Assembly: GCA_963693365.1 (NCBI GenBank)
Contig: CAVNZM010000005.1
Coordinates: 1 to 64,000 of the forward strand
Reading direction: 5' to 3'
Source of the DNA: Amoebidium appalachense
Taxonomy: Eukaryota; Protista; Ichthyosporea
Length of the DNA stretch: 64,000 nucleotides
Position numbers and translations under genes: made by a program. Position 1 is the stretch's first letter. Each line of letters opens with the position of its first letter. Shown piece after piece: positions 43,640-58,976 of this stretch. Below the pieces are notes generated by a model, which did not search any database, was not told where the DNA came from, and saw nothing but the letters and a program-made list of their open reading frames with translations.

Positions 43640-46600
43640 TTACTGGGTAGCCCTCCTGCCACATCTCCAGTGCAGGGCTGCAGCAGTCAGGGCCCTCACA
43701 GCCACCCCCAGCAGCAGCAGGGCCACCACACACAGCCCATAGTGCCCCATGCTGAAACCGGCCCAGCTCACGTAGTGCAGTGTGGGGCCTGTGGAAGATG
43801 GGGTCAGATTGCATGGCCAGGGAGATATGAAATGGTGCAGGTATGCATGTGGTATGTGGCTGTATGGATGCAGGTATGCATGTGGTATGTGGCGGTAGGG
43901 ATGCAGGTATGCATGTGGTATGTGGCTGTATGGATGCTGGTATGCATGTGGTATGTGGCTGTATGGATGCAGGTATGCATGTGGTATGTGGCGGTAGGGA
44001 TGCAGGTGTGCATGTGGTATGTGGCTGTATGGATGCTGGTATGCATGTGGTATGTGGCTGTATGGATGCTGGTATGCATGTGGTATGTGGCGGTATGGAT
44101 GCAGGTATGCATGTGGTATGTGGCTGTATGGATACAGGTATGCATGTGGTATGTGGCTGTAGGGATGCAGGTATGCATGTGGTGTGTGGCGTTCTGGGTG
44201 CTCGGCTTTGTGGGTGATGTGTCCCAGCATGCATGTTTGCATGTTGGTATAAGCGTGTATGTCGGCAGTTGATATTTTGACATTATTTTGGTATTCTGAG
44301 TCAGTATCCATGCATGAACTCCATAAGCTTGTGGAAAGGGGGAACAAGAGGGGGGGGGGGGGGGGGGGGGGGGTATGTCACCAGTAAAAGCAGTCTCCGG
44401 ATCAACGTATACAGCCACCTCCCTCACAAAGAGGGCCTCACTCGAGTAGCGTGCAAACGACAGGTCCTGCATGGGGTAGTTTGTAGGGGGGGGACGGGGG
44501 GGGGGAGGGGGGTCCAGGAGGTAGTGGGGAGAGAGAAGGGGGGGGGGGGGGGATGGGGGGTTTTGAATGTGTCAAAAAGTACGAAGTACACAAGAACAAA
44601 CGGATAACACGATGCAGAATGAAAGCCATGCATAAAGAGTATGCATAATAAGCAGAGCCCATCCTCAGGGGGGGCCACGTCATCCACAGTACCCGAGTTT
44701 CGACCTATTCCCCTCGTTAACGAAACCCAACTCAGATACTGTTTCACTTGAACATGAGTAGGTCACCCGTCTTGATCAGAGACGAGCAGTTTTGCTTATG
44801 CAGGCAAGGGCAGTGGGAAAGGCCGGGGGTTAAAGTTGCAGCAGTAAGCAGAAGCAAGAAAAATATAGATAGGAACTCAGGAGACGGGGCTTCTAGGAAG
44901 CTCCCCCGTCGATACCTAAGTCGATACTTCCTGGGGGGGGGGGGGAGGGGGGGGGGGGGGGACCGAGGGGGATTCAGGGGTGTGTCTTTGTGAGTTTCTT
45001 GGAGAAAGGGTCGTCTATGCTGTGTAATTGGCCCTGTATCATTGTGCTGCCTGTCCTGCCTGTCCTTGGGTGTGCATTTGTATCTAAAGGTGGGTGGGTG
45101 AGTGGGTGTACCTTGGTGTGGGTGGGTGGGTGGGTGTGGGCTTGTGGCCGGGTGTGGGTGGGTGAGTGTGTGTGTGCGTGTGTGCATGGTTGCAAACGTG
45201 TGTCTATGTGTCCAAATGTGTATGCGAGTGAGTGCCTGGTGTGGACATCCAATTATCCACCCTTTTCCTTTTTAGGGGTCACATGATCAGGGCCACACAC
45301 CCACAGCACTCTGGCCACACTGAAGCTGCTGTGCACGTGGCTGAGGGTTGGGGCCAGGCCAGAGCACACACACATGGCAAACACCACCAGCACCCCAACA
45401 ACACCCGCACTGTCACTGGGGGGAGGGGGGGGGGGGGGGTTAGTCCGGAGTGCCAGGTGAGGGGTGCGCTTGAAGAGGAGGGGTGTGAGTTAGGAGTGCA
45501 TGTGTGTCAAGAGGGTCTGTGTTAGTATGTGCATCATGAGGCCACACCCAACATCTTTTGCTCTGCACACACTGCCGTGCACACCACGTATCTTCCCACT
45601 GGGCACAAACAGCAACCACAACACCTAAGCTTATAGGTAGGTTGCAGTGTCTTCTTACTATGGGGTGGATACGGACGTATCCGCCGGTGGCGCCACGAGG
45701 CAGCATAGCAGCCGTGGTGCTGCCTGTAAGTGGCATGAATTTATATGTATGTATGTATATTTATATGATAATCATATTTATAATCATATATATTTGCTCC
45801 ATATTCAGATTTCATAACATATTCATGAATTTTATATAATCTTCTCACACTATTACCGCTTCGCAACGATTTTGGAATTTGGCGCAGTGGCTCAAATCAA
45901 TCAAGCCAGCCAATCAGACAACAGGAAACTTTGGTCCCGCGGCCCGGTGCCGATGTCGCCACCGGCGGATACGTGCGTATCCACCCCATAGTCACGTGCT
46001 GGCACAAACACGTGCAGACAGGAATGCATGCTCCTATTCACATGCGCCAACGACTAACCCCCCACCCCACCTCTCTTTTCTTTTTTTTGCCTTTTCTTTA
46101 TCCTTTTTCTTCCTGTCTCTCCGTTGATCTTTTTCCCCCACGGGAGAAGAGAGGGGGGGGAACCCTTTTTAGAGCGAGGATGGATGAAGCATAGAGCAGG
46201 GGTTGGGGATGGGTTCGAGAGATTGAGGTTTCTCCGCGGGGGGTGGGGGGGCGGCAGCATACATGTGTGTGAGCACGGACACCAGGTAGCCCAGGCCCCA
46301 TGCAGCAAACTCCACAGCCACAAGCACACCCAGCAGGGGCCCAAAGGGCTGGCTGGGCTGGAACATGCACGTGAAGATGGACCCAAACACCACCGCACCA
46401 AGCACAATGAACGGCAGCTCGGCTAGCGCCTGGGGACATGGGGGTATGAGAGTGGTTGGAGTCAAGAGGGTGGCATGGCACACGGTGAGACGGTGCACCG
46501 ACCACACGTGCTGGCACAAGACTGTATGTGCCTGGGCCTGTGGGGGTCTGTTGCCTGTGTTTGGACTTGTGCATGGCCATCGTTCTATATTAGTGCACGT

Positions 46601-48568
46601 GCCACGTGGTCTAGTGCATCTGCTCTGGTGCACGTGCATCTGCTCTGGTGCATGCAGGCATGTGGCTGGGCATACCATGCAGCACGCACCTTGCCCATGA
46701 AGTATGCGGTGGTGTGTGTGCCCGTGGCAGCCTCCCTTGCAAGGACGGGCAGCTCATCCCCCAGTGTGTGCACACTTGCTGCTATTGCACTGGCCCCTAG
46801 TGCCAGGTTGGCAAAGAACAGTGCGTTGAAGAGGGACTCGGAGAGCAGAGGGGTGGACGTGCAGAGGGGCAGGATGGCCTGGGGGGTTGAAGGGTCGGGG
46901 GTTAGTTGGGGTAAAGGGAGAGGAATGGAAGGTGAGGTATCAGACCAGGAAAGAAGGGGGGAGGCGGGGGGGGGGGGGGGGGGGGGGAATAGACAGGAGT
47001 GGTGGGAGGAGTTTGAGACCGGTCGAACGGGGGGGAGGACCAATTGATGCTAACCATCACTGTGCAAGTGCAAATCAAAGAAGGACTGGGTATGCACGTC
47101 AGGAGACATGGTGGGTGGCATGTCAGAGCAATGCCGGATAGGCAATTATGGGTTGTAACATGGACCAAGTGCGAATCTCAGCTGCGTGATCAATGCAATA
47201 TGGGTGTGTGGGTCGGACAGGAACGATATGTGTTGCGACCATGGGTGGGTAGGCAAAGGGAAGAATAGCCACAGAGAAATGCCGCGTGGGTAACTGGCAA
47301 GTTGGCCCCGTGTTGTTCCTTTCGTTGGTGGTTTTATCGAAAGGGAAGGAGGGTTACCAGGGGGCAGAATTTGGCCAAGTCTGCAGGCAGGGGGGGGATC
47401 CAATGCTGGAACATGGTGTTGCCCACAAACCCTGGGGGGAGGTGTGAGCACAGGCAGGGCCACAGAGGTAACACAGGTGGGTGGGGGCTACAGGGCACAG
47501 GGTGTGTCATGTATCTGCCTGCAGCAAAGGAGGGGGGGGGGGGGGGTGCACGTGTAGGGGTGTGTGGTTGTGGAACTCTGTGAGTGTGTGAGAGAGGGTG
47601 TGTGTGCATGCGTGTGTGTATGCGTGAAGGCATGTGTGTGTGCATGTGTGTGTACGTGTGTAGGGGTGAGTGTGTGCAGGGGCGCGGGCGTGTGTGTGTG
47701 TGTGCGCGCGCACACCCGTGTGGGTGTGTGGGTGCACGTGCGTGCCTTTTTGTGTCAAGAGCATCTGGTGTGTGATTCTTTGTGTGTATACAAAGGCATG
47801 GGGCAGTAGGGGCATATGGAGCAATCGTGGGGGCATGCACGTGCGGCTTTAAGAACATCAACTGTGTGCGGCCGTGTCACTCTCGCGTGTGCGTGTGCGT
47901 CATGTCGCCTTCAACCTCCTTAGCACGCCGGGGTGTGACATCTGTGAAGAGAGGAGGAAGTGGAACTTCGGCTTGGAGGGGGGGGGGGGAGGGGGGGGGG
48001 GGGGGGGGTATATGCACACCGACACCAAGGGCGATGGCGGCGATTGCATGGACAAGCAGGAAGAGACGCAGAGACTTTGGGTCCCGATACTTCTGCTGCA
48101 GCTGCAGGGGGGGGGTTGGGTTGGTGTGAGTTTGCAGTTTGCGGGAACTTGAATTGACGATAGTTGGGGTAGTAAGGGCCTAAACGAACCTAGTAGCAAA
48201 GGGGGCATGGGCTGATTGAGGGCATATGGCATGAAGGGGAGTGCAAGAAGGGTGGGTTGTGAGTGGGGAAAGTAACGAATGAGCACAGCGGAGACAGAAA
48301 GAGAGGGGGAGGGGGAGGGGTGGAGGGGGGAGGGGGGAGAGGGAGAGAGAGAGTGGGAGAGAGGGGGAGAGAGAGAGCGAGTGTCTGTGTGTGTGTGTGC
48401 TTGGGGAGGGGGGGGGGGAGGGGGGGGGGGGGGGGGAGGTAGAATGTGTAGAGTTATCAAAGGAACATTTGCGGCATCCATGCAAGTGTGCAGGTTTGTT
48501 TGCAGCAGACGGGCTGTGTTTCAACCAACAGAGGATCGGCACAATACGGGTAATGTATTTTAGGTGTT

Positions 48569-48613
<45 letters not shown>

Positions 48614-49237
48614 TGGCTACCTGTCTGTGTGCGCAGTGCAGCACCTGCCAGCCATAGCTTACACCCTGCAGACACACATCAGTCCCACGTGCACACACAC
48701 ACTGACACATGTGCACGTGCACACACACACTGACACAAATGCACGTGCACACACACACTGACACATGTGCACGTGCTAACACGTGTGCATGCACACAGAC
48801 TTTTTTCTTTCCACTTGTTTCTGGAAACAAGAGACAAGGTAGGAAGGTGTGTATGTGTGTGTGTGTGTATGTGGGTGTGGGTGTGTGGGTGTGTGGGTGG
48901 GTGTGTGTGTGTTTGTGTGTGTGTGTGCACGTGTGTGTGCACGTGTGTGTGCACGTGTGTGTGCACGTGTGTGTGCGTGCATGCGTGCATTCGTGCGTGT
49001 TTTTCACACTTGAGTGGTGTGGTTGTGGGAGGGAGGATGGGAGGCTGGAGGAGGAGAGAAAGAAGTGGCCAAGGAGAATGGGGGACACGGAACTTTTCAT
49101 GTAAATGAAAATGGGGAATGCTTAAGAAGTGGATAGGCAGATGCGAGAATGATGGGAAAAACTCGTCCACGAAGGCAAGCCACGTGACCACCTGCAGACA
49201 TCATGCATCTACAGATATGCCTCCCCCCCCCCCCCCC

Positions 49238-49288
<51 letters not shown>

Positions 49289-49427
49289 CCCCCGTGCCAG
49301 AGCATGCACCTTGAGCACCTTAAGCACACATGCACATGTGAGGTCTCTTTTTTTTCTTTTTAATTCTTATTCTTAACACTTTTCATGTTAATATTTTAAA
49401 TTATTTATTGTTTTTTCTTTTCTTTTC

Positions 49428-49481
<54 letters not shown>

Positions 49482-49675
49482 GAGGTTAATGTGCACACAC
49501 GTTGACCATCCCGCCTGGGCACCAGACCATGGCCCATTCCACAGCCTTCCATAACCCCTCCTTACCCTCGGTGTGCACAGTCGAGGCAAACCCCTTATCA
49601 GCTCCTTTACTTGCCTTCGTGGACTCAAGCGCGAAAAACACGCACGGATGCACACACGCACGCACGCGCGCGCGC

Positions 49676-49710
<35 letters not shown>

Positions 49711-50810
49711 CACCTTGATGCTGCCTTGTGTTTGGTCACTTGCTGGGGCCTGAAGTGCCGTAGTCAGTGCATATGCACGGCTCCCGGGGCCTATAGGGTT
49801 TGTAAGAGGGGGTGAGGTGTGTGTGTGGGAAGGAGGGGGCGCTGGGGGGGGGGGGGGGGGGGGGGGGAGGGAATGGGTCACGCTCTGTGTGGGCAGAGGG
49901 ATGCCTTTGCATGTGCGCCCGTGTGCATGTCGGTGCACGTGCATGGACATGTGTGTGCCGTGTGTGTGTATGGTTGTGACCGTGCCTGTGCATGTACGTG
50001 CGTGTTGAATCTGCATGCACATCTATGTACGTGCATGCACACAGTCTGCACGTGCATGCACGTGGGTGTCTGTGCACGTGCATGCACATGGGGGTCTCTG
50101 AGTAATTTACAATGTCACTCAAAGCCATCAGAAATTTGCCGGTAAGGGGCGGGGTAGAGGGAAAATCCAAGGGCCTTTTGGGGGGGGGGGGGGGGGGGGG
50201 GGTTGCATTGACGGACCATCCTGCACGCTGCGTGTGTGCTGGTGCCAGCGCATGCAGAGACCATCCGTAGTCACGAGGGCACCGGTCTGGGCAGGTGTCG
50301 GTCAGTGGCCAAATATGGAAGGTGCCCACAGCACCTCACACCTTTGTCTAAGCACACAAAAGCATGGCCGTTCACACCACACACAAAACCAAAACCCGGC
50401 CCCCCAAAAATACCAGAGCCCCCCCCCTCCCCTCCCCCCCACATAACCCTCCCTTCCCCCCTCTAGCACATATAGGCCGACCCGTACAAACATACACACG
50501 ACCAGAGCTGACAGGCACACCCACACCCACACATGTACACATGCACGTACACCAGAGCAATCGGCAGGCACCATCCACCCCAACCCCCCGCCCACATGCA
50601 CCACGCACCTAATCATTCCCTACACACACACACATATGCCCTTGCTTTCTCTGCTTGCCTTCCCTCATGCACTCATTCACTCAATTCCTCCTCCCTTCCC
50701 CCTCCCCGCCACACACACATCCACCAACCCACCGATCCCTGTCCGCCCCTCCCTCTCCCCTCCCCCCCTCTCCACCCTCCCCCCCCTCCCCCCTCCCCCC
50801 TCTCCCCCCC

Positions 50811-50841
<31 letters not shown>

Positions 50842-51597
50842 ACACCGCACCTCTGCCCGTGCCTTGCCGCTGACAAAGTCCAGCAATTGGTCTGCCGGGT
50901 TGCTGCCTGCCTGCCCTCTGAGCCCAAGCCTGCGTGGTGACGTCAGTGGGCTGGGGGGGTGGGCTCGGTTTGGCCACCTGTCCTCCACATATGCCCCCAG
51001 GCACACCCGCTACCCACACACATATTCCCACACTGCCCTTCATGTGCTACGAGCACCAAAATAGATATCCTCGTAGGACAAGACACCAATGGGTAAGACA
51101 TAATTACCCCCCTGCCCACATGCACAGAGATCCACACCAGCTATGCACATGCACAACCCCACCGTCTACTTGCTGCCTCTTGCATCCAGCGAACCGACCT
51201 CTTCAACTGCTGCAGTATGTCTCCTTCCCTCCCTTCCCCCCGCATCACATCACAATGTGTGCACATCTGCCCTCCCTTCCCTGCACTCCCGGGCCTTTGC
51301 ACTGCTCTCTCACCGGTGCCTTGCAAAGTAAAAACACAAGAGATGCTGCTTTATACACCCTCGGCACAACCATTACTCTTCTCCTTCCTCAGCCCCATCA
51401 CACCACAAGCTATCCAGGGAATACACGCACTCGTGCATGCAAGCACGAGCACAAACACACACACACACACGAACACGCGCACCCCCTCCCCTCCCTCTCC
51501 CTGCCCTCAGCCCCCCCCCATCACCCCCCCACCCTCCCCCCCTCCACCCCCTTCCCCCTCCCCCCCCCCCCCCCCCCCCCCCCCCCCTCGCCCCCCC

Positions 51598-51628
<31 letters not shown>

Positions 51629-52148
51629 ACTTTGCGAAGTAGGGCATGGCACCATCCACAGGGCCCAGATATGCCGTGCTGCCCCCCTAGCCAGTAGAAG
51701 TAGCTCATCCAGCATAGTGAAGATCTCAGAGCTGGGGGGTGGCTGGTGAGATGGAGAGGGTGCACCGTGTGTAACCCATACACAAAAGAAGGGGTCGCCC
51801 TAGATTAAGTTGTCTCTCAGATGACAAACACACGCCTGCACATGCACATGCACACAAGCACACAAGGCCCCTACCGTGGCTGGTGCAGCACGGCCACCAC
51901 CGTTCTTCCACTGGCTGCCACCCTCTGCAGGCACCGCACACAGTCCAATGCTGATTGGCTGTCTAGCCCCGTGGTCGGCTCGTCCAGAAACAGAAGGGAA
52001 GGGTTGCCCTGGGGGCGTTATTGGGTTACACATAGGCCAGGGGGAGGACGCATGCAGGTAGGGGGGGAAGGGGGGGGGGGGGGGGGGGGTATACACACCA
52101 CGAGCTCCATGGCAATGGACAGACGTTTCCGCTGGCCTCCGCTAATGC

Positions 52149-52228
<80 letters not shown>

Positions 52229-52265
52229 AGTGTGTGTGTGCGTGCGCGCACGCGCGTGTGTGTGT

Positions 52266-52326
<61 letters not shown>

Positions 52327-52362
52327 TGTGTATGAGTGTGAGTGTGTGTGCGCGCGCGCGTG

Positions 52363-52394
<32 letters not shown>

Positions 52395-53048
52395 CGTGCG
52401 TGTGTGTGTGTGTGCGCGCGCGCGCGTGTATGCATGTATGTGCCATCTGTGTGTGCGTGTGTGTGTGTGTGTGCGTGTGTTCGCGTGCCCACACGTGTGG
52501 GTGTGGGTGTGGGTGGGTGTGTTTTTGTGTGTGTGCAAGTGCTAAGGTGTGTATGCGTGTCTGTGTGTGCAGTGTGCATGTGTGCCTGTATGTGTGTCTG
52601 CGTGTGTGTGTGTGCAAGGTTGACTGTGTGTGATGCGTGTGTGAATGTACTATATGCATATATGTATGAGCTCTGTGAGTATGTGTGTACGTGTCCGGAC
52701 ATGCATGTGACGCTGCAGCGCTGTGCTGCGCAGATGCAAAATGAAGGCGGCTTATGTCCAGACATTCTAATGCTTTTGTGTTTAGATAACTTGTGATATA
52801 TTCAGGTTTGCATGCTCTGGTACCCCGTTATCCACATGCATGCAACCTATGGAGCACCTGTGCACATGCATGCACTATGGTGGCCGCTAACACATAAACA
52901 CCTGGGTTCCTTCCTTCATACCCACAATACGGACATGCACACACGCACACGTGCACGCACACGCACACGCACACACCCATGCACACGCACCCACGCATGC
53001 ACGAGCACACGCACACGCACACGCACACGCACACGCACATGCACACAC

Positions 53049-53092
<44 letters not shown>

Positions 53093-53258
53093 ACGCACAC
53101 GCACACGCACACGCACACGCACACGCACATGCACATGCACGAGCACACACACACGCACAGGCACACGCACACGCACACGCACACGCACACGCACACGCAC
53201 ACGCACACGCACACGCACACGCACACGCACACGCACACGCACACGCACACGCACACGC

Positions 53259-53347
<89 letters not shown>

Positions 53348-53752
53348 TGCACGAGCACACACACACACACACCGCACACGCACGCGCACACGCACGCGCA
53401 CACGCACACGCACACGCACACGCACACGCACACAGGGTTTCACACACACACGCACACACGCACACGCGCATACACATACACATACACGCACACACATACA
53501 CATACACATACACGCACACACACACACACGCACACGCACGCGCACACGCACACGCACACGCACACACACACGCACGCGCACGCGCACACGCACACGCACA
53601 CGCACACACACACGCACACACACGCACGCACACGCACACACACACACACGCGCGCGCACGCACACACACACGCACACACACACGCGCACGCGCACACACA
53701 CGCGTGACACACACACGCACACACACGCGCACGCGCACACACACACACGCAC

Positions 53753-53799
<47 letters not shown>

Positions 53800-55978
53800 T
53801 GCACGAGCACACACACATACACACACACACACACACGCACACACACACACATACACCCACGCATGCACCAGCACACGCACACGCACACGCACACACGCAC
53901 GCACACACACACACATACACCCACGCGTGCACGAGCACACGCACACGCACACGCACACGCACACACACACACACGCACCCACGCACCTACGCATGCACGA
54001 GCGCGCACGCGCACGCGCACGCGCACGCGCACGCACACGCACACGCACACGCACACGCACACGCACACGCACACGCACACGCACACGCACATGCACACAC
54101 ACACACGCACACGCACACGCACGTACGTGTGTACTCATCGCCCACCACGGTGTGCCTCACCGCCCACAGGCCCATCTGTCGGGCCACTGCCTCCACCTGC
54201 TGCCGCCTGGCTGCTGCCCCCCAGCTGCCTGGCAGCCGCATGCAGGCACTGGGGAGGTAGGTGGGTGAGTGTGCCACATGTGCATAGAAGGATGGCAAAA
54301 GTGGGGGGAGGGAGGGGGGGGGGGGGGGGGGGGGGGATGTGTGTGATTGCATCACATATGAAGGATGAAAGGATGAGCTTGGGCCAGGGATAGCACCATA
54401 GATGTGTGAAAGCATCTAGTAGGATCCATTCTCCCGAGGGTGGTAATCTGCATCACATGCAACTTAACCCCCACTGCCACCAGCCCCTTTGCCTGCTGAC
54501 ACCAAATAAATCAGTCCAATCACCATCTATGCAATCGGCAGGCCCAGGGTTCCTCAGTGGATTAGGAGTTAATGATCATGGGTCAGAGGGAGAGGGGGGG
54601 GGAAGGGGGGGGGGGGGGAGGGGGGAGGGGGGGAGGGGGGGGGGAGGGGGGGGGGGGGGGGGGGGGGGTTGGAAATGGGCCGTTACCTGTGGTTGAGAAC
54701 CTCCCACACAGTCAGTGTGCGGATCATCGTGTCATCCTGCGGCACTGTGCACACAGTGAGTTGAAGCGTGTGCACACAGTGAGTTAGAAAGTGTGCACAC
54801 TGCGAGTTAGAGGTTGTGGAGACGTACACAGTGAGTTGGGGCATGTGCACACAGTGAATTGGAAAGTGAGGGTATGCACACAGTCAGTTAAAAGGTGAGG
54901 GTGTGCACACAGCGGGAAAGAAGGTGAGGGTGTGCAAAGAGTGAGTTAAAAGGTGAAGGCGTGCACACAGTGTTTAGAAGTTGAGGGTGTGCAAAGAGTG
55001 AGTTAAAAGGTGAAGGCGTGCACACAGTGTTTAGAGGTTGAGGGTGTGCAAACAGTGTTTAGAAGGTGAGGGTGTGCAAAGAGTGAGTTAAAAGGTGAAG
55101 GCGTGCACACAGTGTTTAGAAGTTGAGGGTGTGCAAACAGTGTTTAGAAGGTGAGGGTGTGCAAAGAGTGAGCTAAAAGGTGAAGGCGTGCACACAGTGT
55201 TTAGAAGTTAGGGGTGTGCAAACAGTGTTTAGAAGGTGAGGGTGTGCAAAGAGTGAGTTAAAAGGTGAAGGCGTGCACACAGTGTTTAGTTGAGGGTGTG
55301 CAAACAGTGTTTAGAAGGTAAGGGTGTGCAAAGAATGAGTTAAAAGGTGAAGGCGTGCACACAGTGTTTAGTTGAGGGTGTGCAAACTGTGTTTAGAAGG
55401 TGAGGGTGTGCAAAGAGTGAGTTAAAAGGTGAAGGCGTGCACACAGTGTTTAGTTGAGGGTGTGCAAACAGTGTTTAGAAGGTGAGGGTGTGCACACAGT
55501 GAGTTAAAAATTGAGGGTGTGCGTGAGGGTTTGGGTGCCACATAGTGAGTTAGTGGGTGTGGGCTGTGCACACAGTGAATTGATAGGTGCAGTGTAGGCT
55601 GCGCATATCATTGCCGGCCAGGTAATGTGTGGATAGACGTACCAAAGCCAATGACGTGCCGGTAGGCAGACAGGGGGGAGGGTTTGCCGTTGACAAGAAT
55701 CACACCGCCACTGGGTGTGAGCCATCCTGCAAGAGGGGGAGGTGGAGGATGGTCAGATGACGTGAACCCACAAAGGCATATTGCGTTTGCACACCCCGCA
55801 GTGGTCCCCTTGTGGGCCCTCCCTGCCGATACAACACAAGCCCAGGCACATATGCTGCCCCGAGACAACAAGGCACCCAACCACAGGGAATAGTGCAAGA
55901 GTGGCTCAGGGCATGTAGGATGCACGCATACGAACAGCCTTACACACTAACACATGCAGGCAGGCAGGCAGGCAGGAG

Positions 55979-56070
<92 letters not shown>

Positions 56071-58942
56071 CACGTACCCATCAGGCATCGCAGTAGGGTC
56101 GTCTTTCCAGCGCCCGAGGGGCCCATGATGGCCGTTACCTGCAAATGCCTCTCGTCAGTGCTGCCGGCCAGGCACAGCCAACCCCCCTGCGTGGTGCTCT
56201 GAATGTGCCTGCATGTGCCCATCCAACACGTGCACTTGTGCTTGTGTGCACCCCCACCGCATGCATGCACCTCCCAGGCGCAAACACTCACAAGCAGAAG
56301 CACCAGCCGTGTTGCAAGATCTAGCCGATACCCATGATCTCCCTACAAGCCTCCTCCCCCCCCCCCCCCCCCCCCCCCTTCATTTCCCTCTATCACGTAC
56401 TTGCCTTTCCCGATGCTCCCCTCAAACAGGCACATACACAAACCAGCCCCCAAAGCAACCAATAACAATTATCCCCCCTGAATGCACCCACCTTTCCAGG
56501 GGCAAACATGCCGGACACATCCTTCAGTAGCAGTGTCTGCTCGATCTTTCCCTTCTGCCCCCTGCAACCACCACCTATCAGCCAACCCTACAGCCCCAGA
56601 GGCCTAGTGCTAAAATCTGCCCTCGTCTACCATCCCTCTCCGTCCCGCTCCCCCTCCCCCCCCCCCTCCCCCCCCTCTGACCCCTCCCCCTCCCCCCTCC
56701 CCTCCCTCTCCCCCTCCCTTTCCCCCTCCATGCCCCTCCTCCGTCCCTCTCGCTCTCCCCTCCTCCTCCCCCTTCCCCTCGCAGTCTCGCTCTCTCTACC
56801 TCCCTCTCTCACCCACTTCCTAGCGCCTCTGCCTTGCCCCCCCAAGCACACATACAAGCCCCATACCAGCCTCCCAGCTACCCCACGCACGACAGATGAT
56901 GAATGCTGCATCCAGTGTTTGTGCCAATACACACCAGATAGAGCGGAGAAACCAACACCATGCAGTCTAGCCCTACCCCGGTTCTTTCTTCCAACAGATC
57001 CCAGCACAGTCCCGCATAGACAACATTTGCTCCCATCACCCCCCATGTTTGGGCGCAGCACACACTTGTCTACGGAACCACCCCAAACCGTGGCCTGCAC
57101 CACCAATAGGCACAGTGTGGCCTATTGCCGTACCATGGCAGGTTAGGGCGCAGGCGTGCAGCCAGGGGTGTGGCCTTGGGCACAGCCACACGCAGAGAGG
57201 AGAAGCTGACGGCCAGAGGATGGGTGGGTGCTGCAAGAGTGGGATGGTCTGGGGGGGGGGAGGTGTTAGGAGGAATGGGTGGGTGGGGGGTAGAAAGGGG
57301 CAGCAGCAATGCCCGTGCATGGATGCACCCTGCCATGTGGCACTGCATGCTGGCTGTGGGGTGTCTCTGTGTGCCGCTGCCATGTAGGGGGAAGACAAAC
57401 CGTTCACCAAAGAAAGAGGGCCGTATAGGGGAGCCTCCGGGGGGGGGGGGGGGGGGGGCACACCTGTTTCGTCCCTTCCATATAAGGCAATGTCGGTGCC
57501 GCATACGGCCACGTTGGCAGGCGGGTCATGTGATAGCCTCACACGGCGAGCCTCAAACACTAGCCATGGGAAAAGGTAACGTTACTCCACATGTACGTGT
57601 GTTGGCCATTGCGCTCATCCCGATGCCCCCTGCAGGCAGGTTGGATGCCCACACGGCACAACAAAGAGCACGTGCAGGCACAGGGGCACACGCACCGTAT
57701 ACACACAGAGCAACATGCCAACAGCAGATAAAAAGAATGGATGCCATAATATCCTGCCTTACCCCTCCCCCCCCCCCCCCCCCTCCATGATATAAGTCAC
57801 CGCCATGCCCGTCATCCAAGAGTGGTGCAGATGTTCTACTTGGAGGTTGAGAGGGTGAGGGGGGGCAGTATTGTGAGGGCAAGGGCATGCATATATGGGC
57901 CAGCATGCATGGGCCCACTTTAACTACGTGATTAATTCATTGGGCCCATTTTAACTACTTGATTAATTCATTGGGCCCACTTTAACTACTTGATTGATTC
58001 ATTGGGCCCACTTTAACTACTTGATTAATTCATTGGGCCCATTGTAACTACTTGATTAATTCATTGGGCCCACAATATGTACCTCTCATTGCCGCGTAGG
58101 TGGCCACCAGGGCCGCCAGCAGCAGGCCAGCCAATAGGATGCCTCCGTACTGCTGCCGCCGGTCAGCATGGCACACCTCAAGGGGCCCACAGGCTGGGAG
58201 GGGAGGGGGGGGGGGGGGGGGGACGGGGGTAGGGGCATCGACCGAGGGAGCGGGGGGGGGGGGGGGGGGGGGGGTGTTAGGGTTTAGGGGATAGAGGATC
58301 ACAGGGTAAGGGGCTTGAGGAGGAAAGAAGAAGGGGGGAGAATGGGGAGAGGGTGGGCTGGTGAGCTAGGCAGTGAGAAAAATAGGTGGCTTGCTGAGAA
58401 GTGGTGGTGCATGTGGGCACTGGTAGGCATGGCCGTGCAGGTGAAGAGGCACGGTAAGGTAATATGGCCATGGGGGGGTAGGTGCATGCCCAAACATGGC
58501 AGGTGCATGCCCAAACATGGCAGGTGCATGCCCAAACATGGCAGGTGCATGCCCAAACATGGCAAGTGCATGCCCAAACATGGCAGGTGCATGCCCAAAC
58601 ATGGCAGGTGCATGCCCAAACATGGCAGGCACATGTCCAAACATGGCAGGTGCATGCCCATATATGGGCATACCTCTGGGCTGCACGGATGCTATTGGGC
58701 AGTAGTGGTTGGGGGGGCAGGCCTGCGCTGGGGCCCTTGGGTCGGGGCAGAAGAAGCCGGCAGGGCAGATCTGAACACTGGCCTGGGGTGGGGACAGGAG
58801 TGAGGGGGGAGACTGGCAGGCGTGGAGTGGGAGAGGAAGGGGGGGGAGGGGGGTGTTTTGTTTGCTGCTGTTTTGTGTGTGTGTGTGTTTGGGGGGGGGC
58901 GCGGGGGGGGGGGGGGGGGGGGGGGGGGGAGAGAGGGGGAGG

Positions 58943-58976
<34 letters not shown>

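Noticed and set aside
44660-44790. Possible hammerhead ribozyme on the minus strand (GTCGAAAC..GTA, CTGAGGA)
   Set aside because: The core motifs lack a pairing stem I/II arrangement
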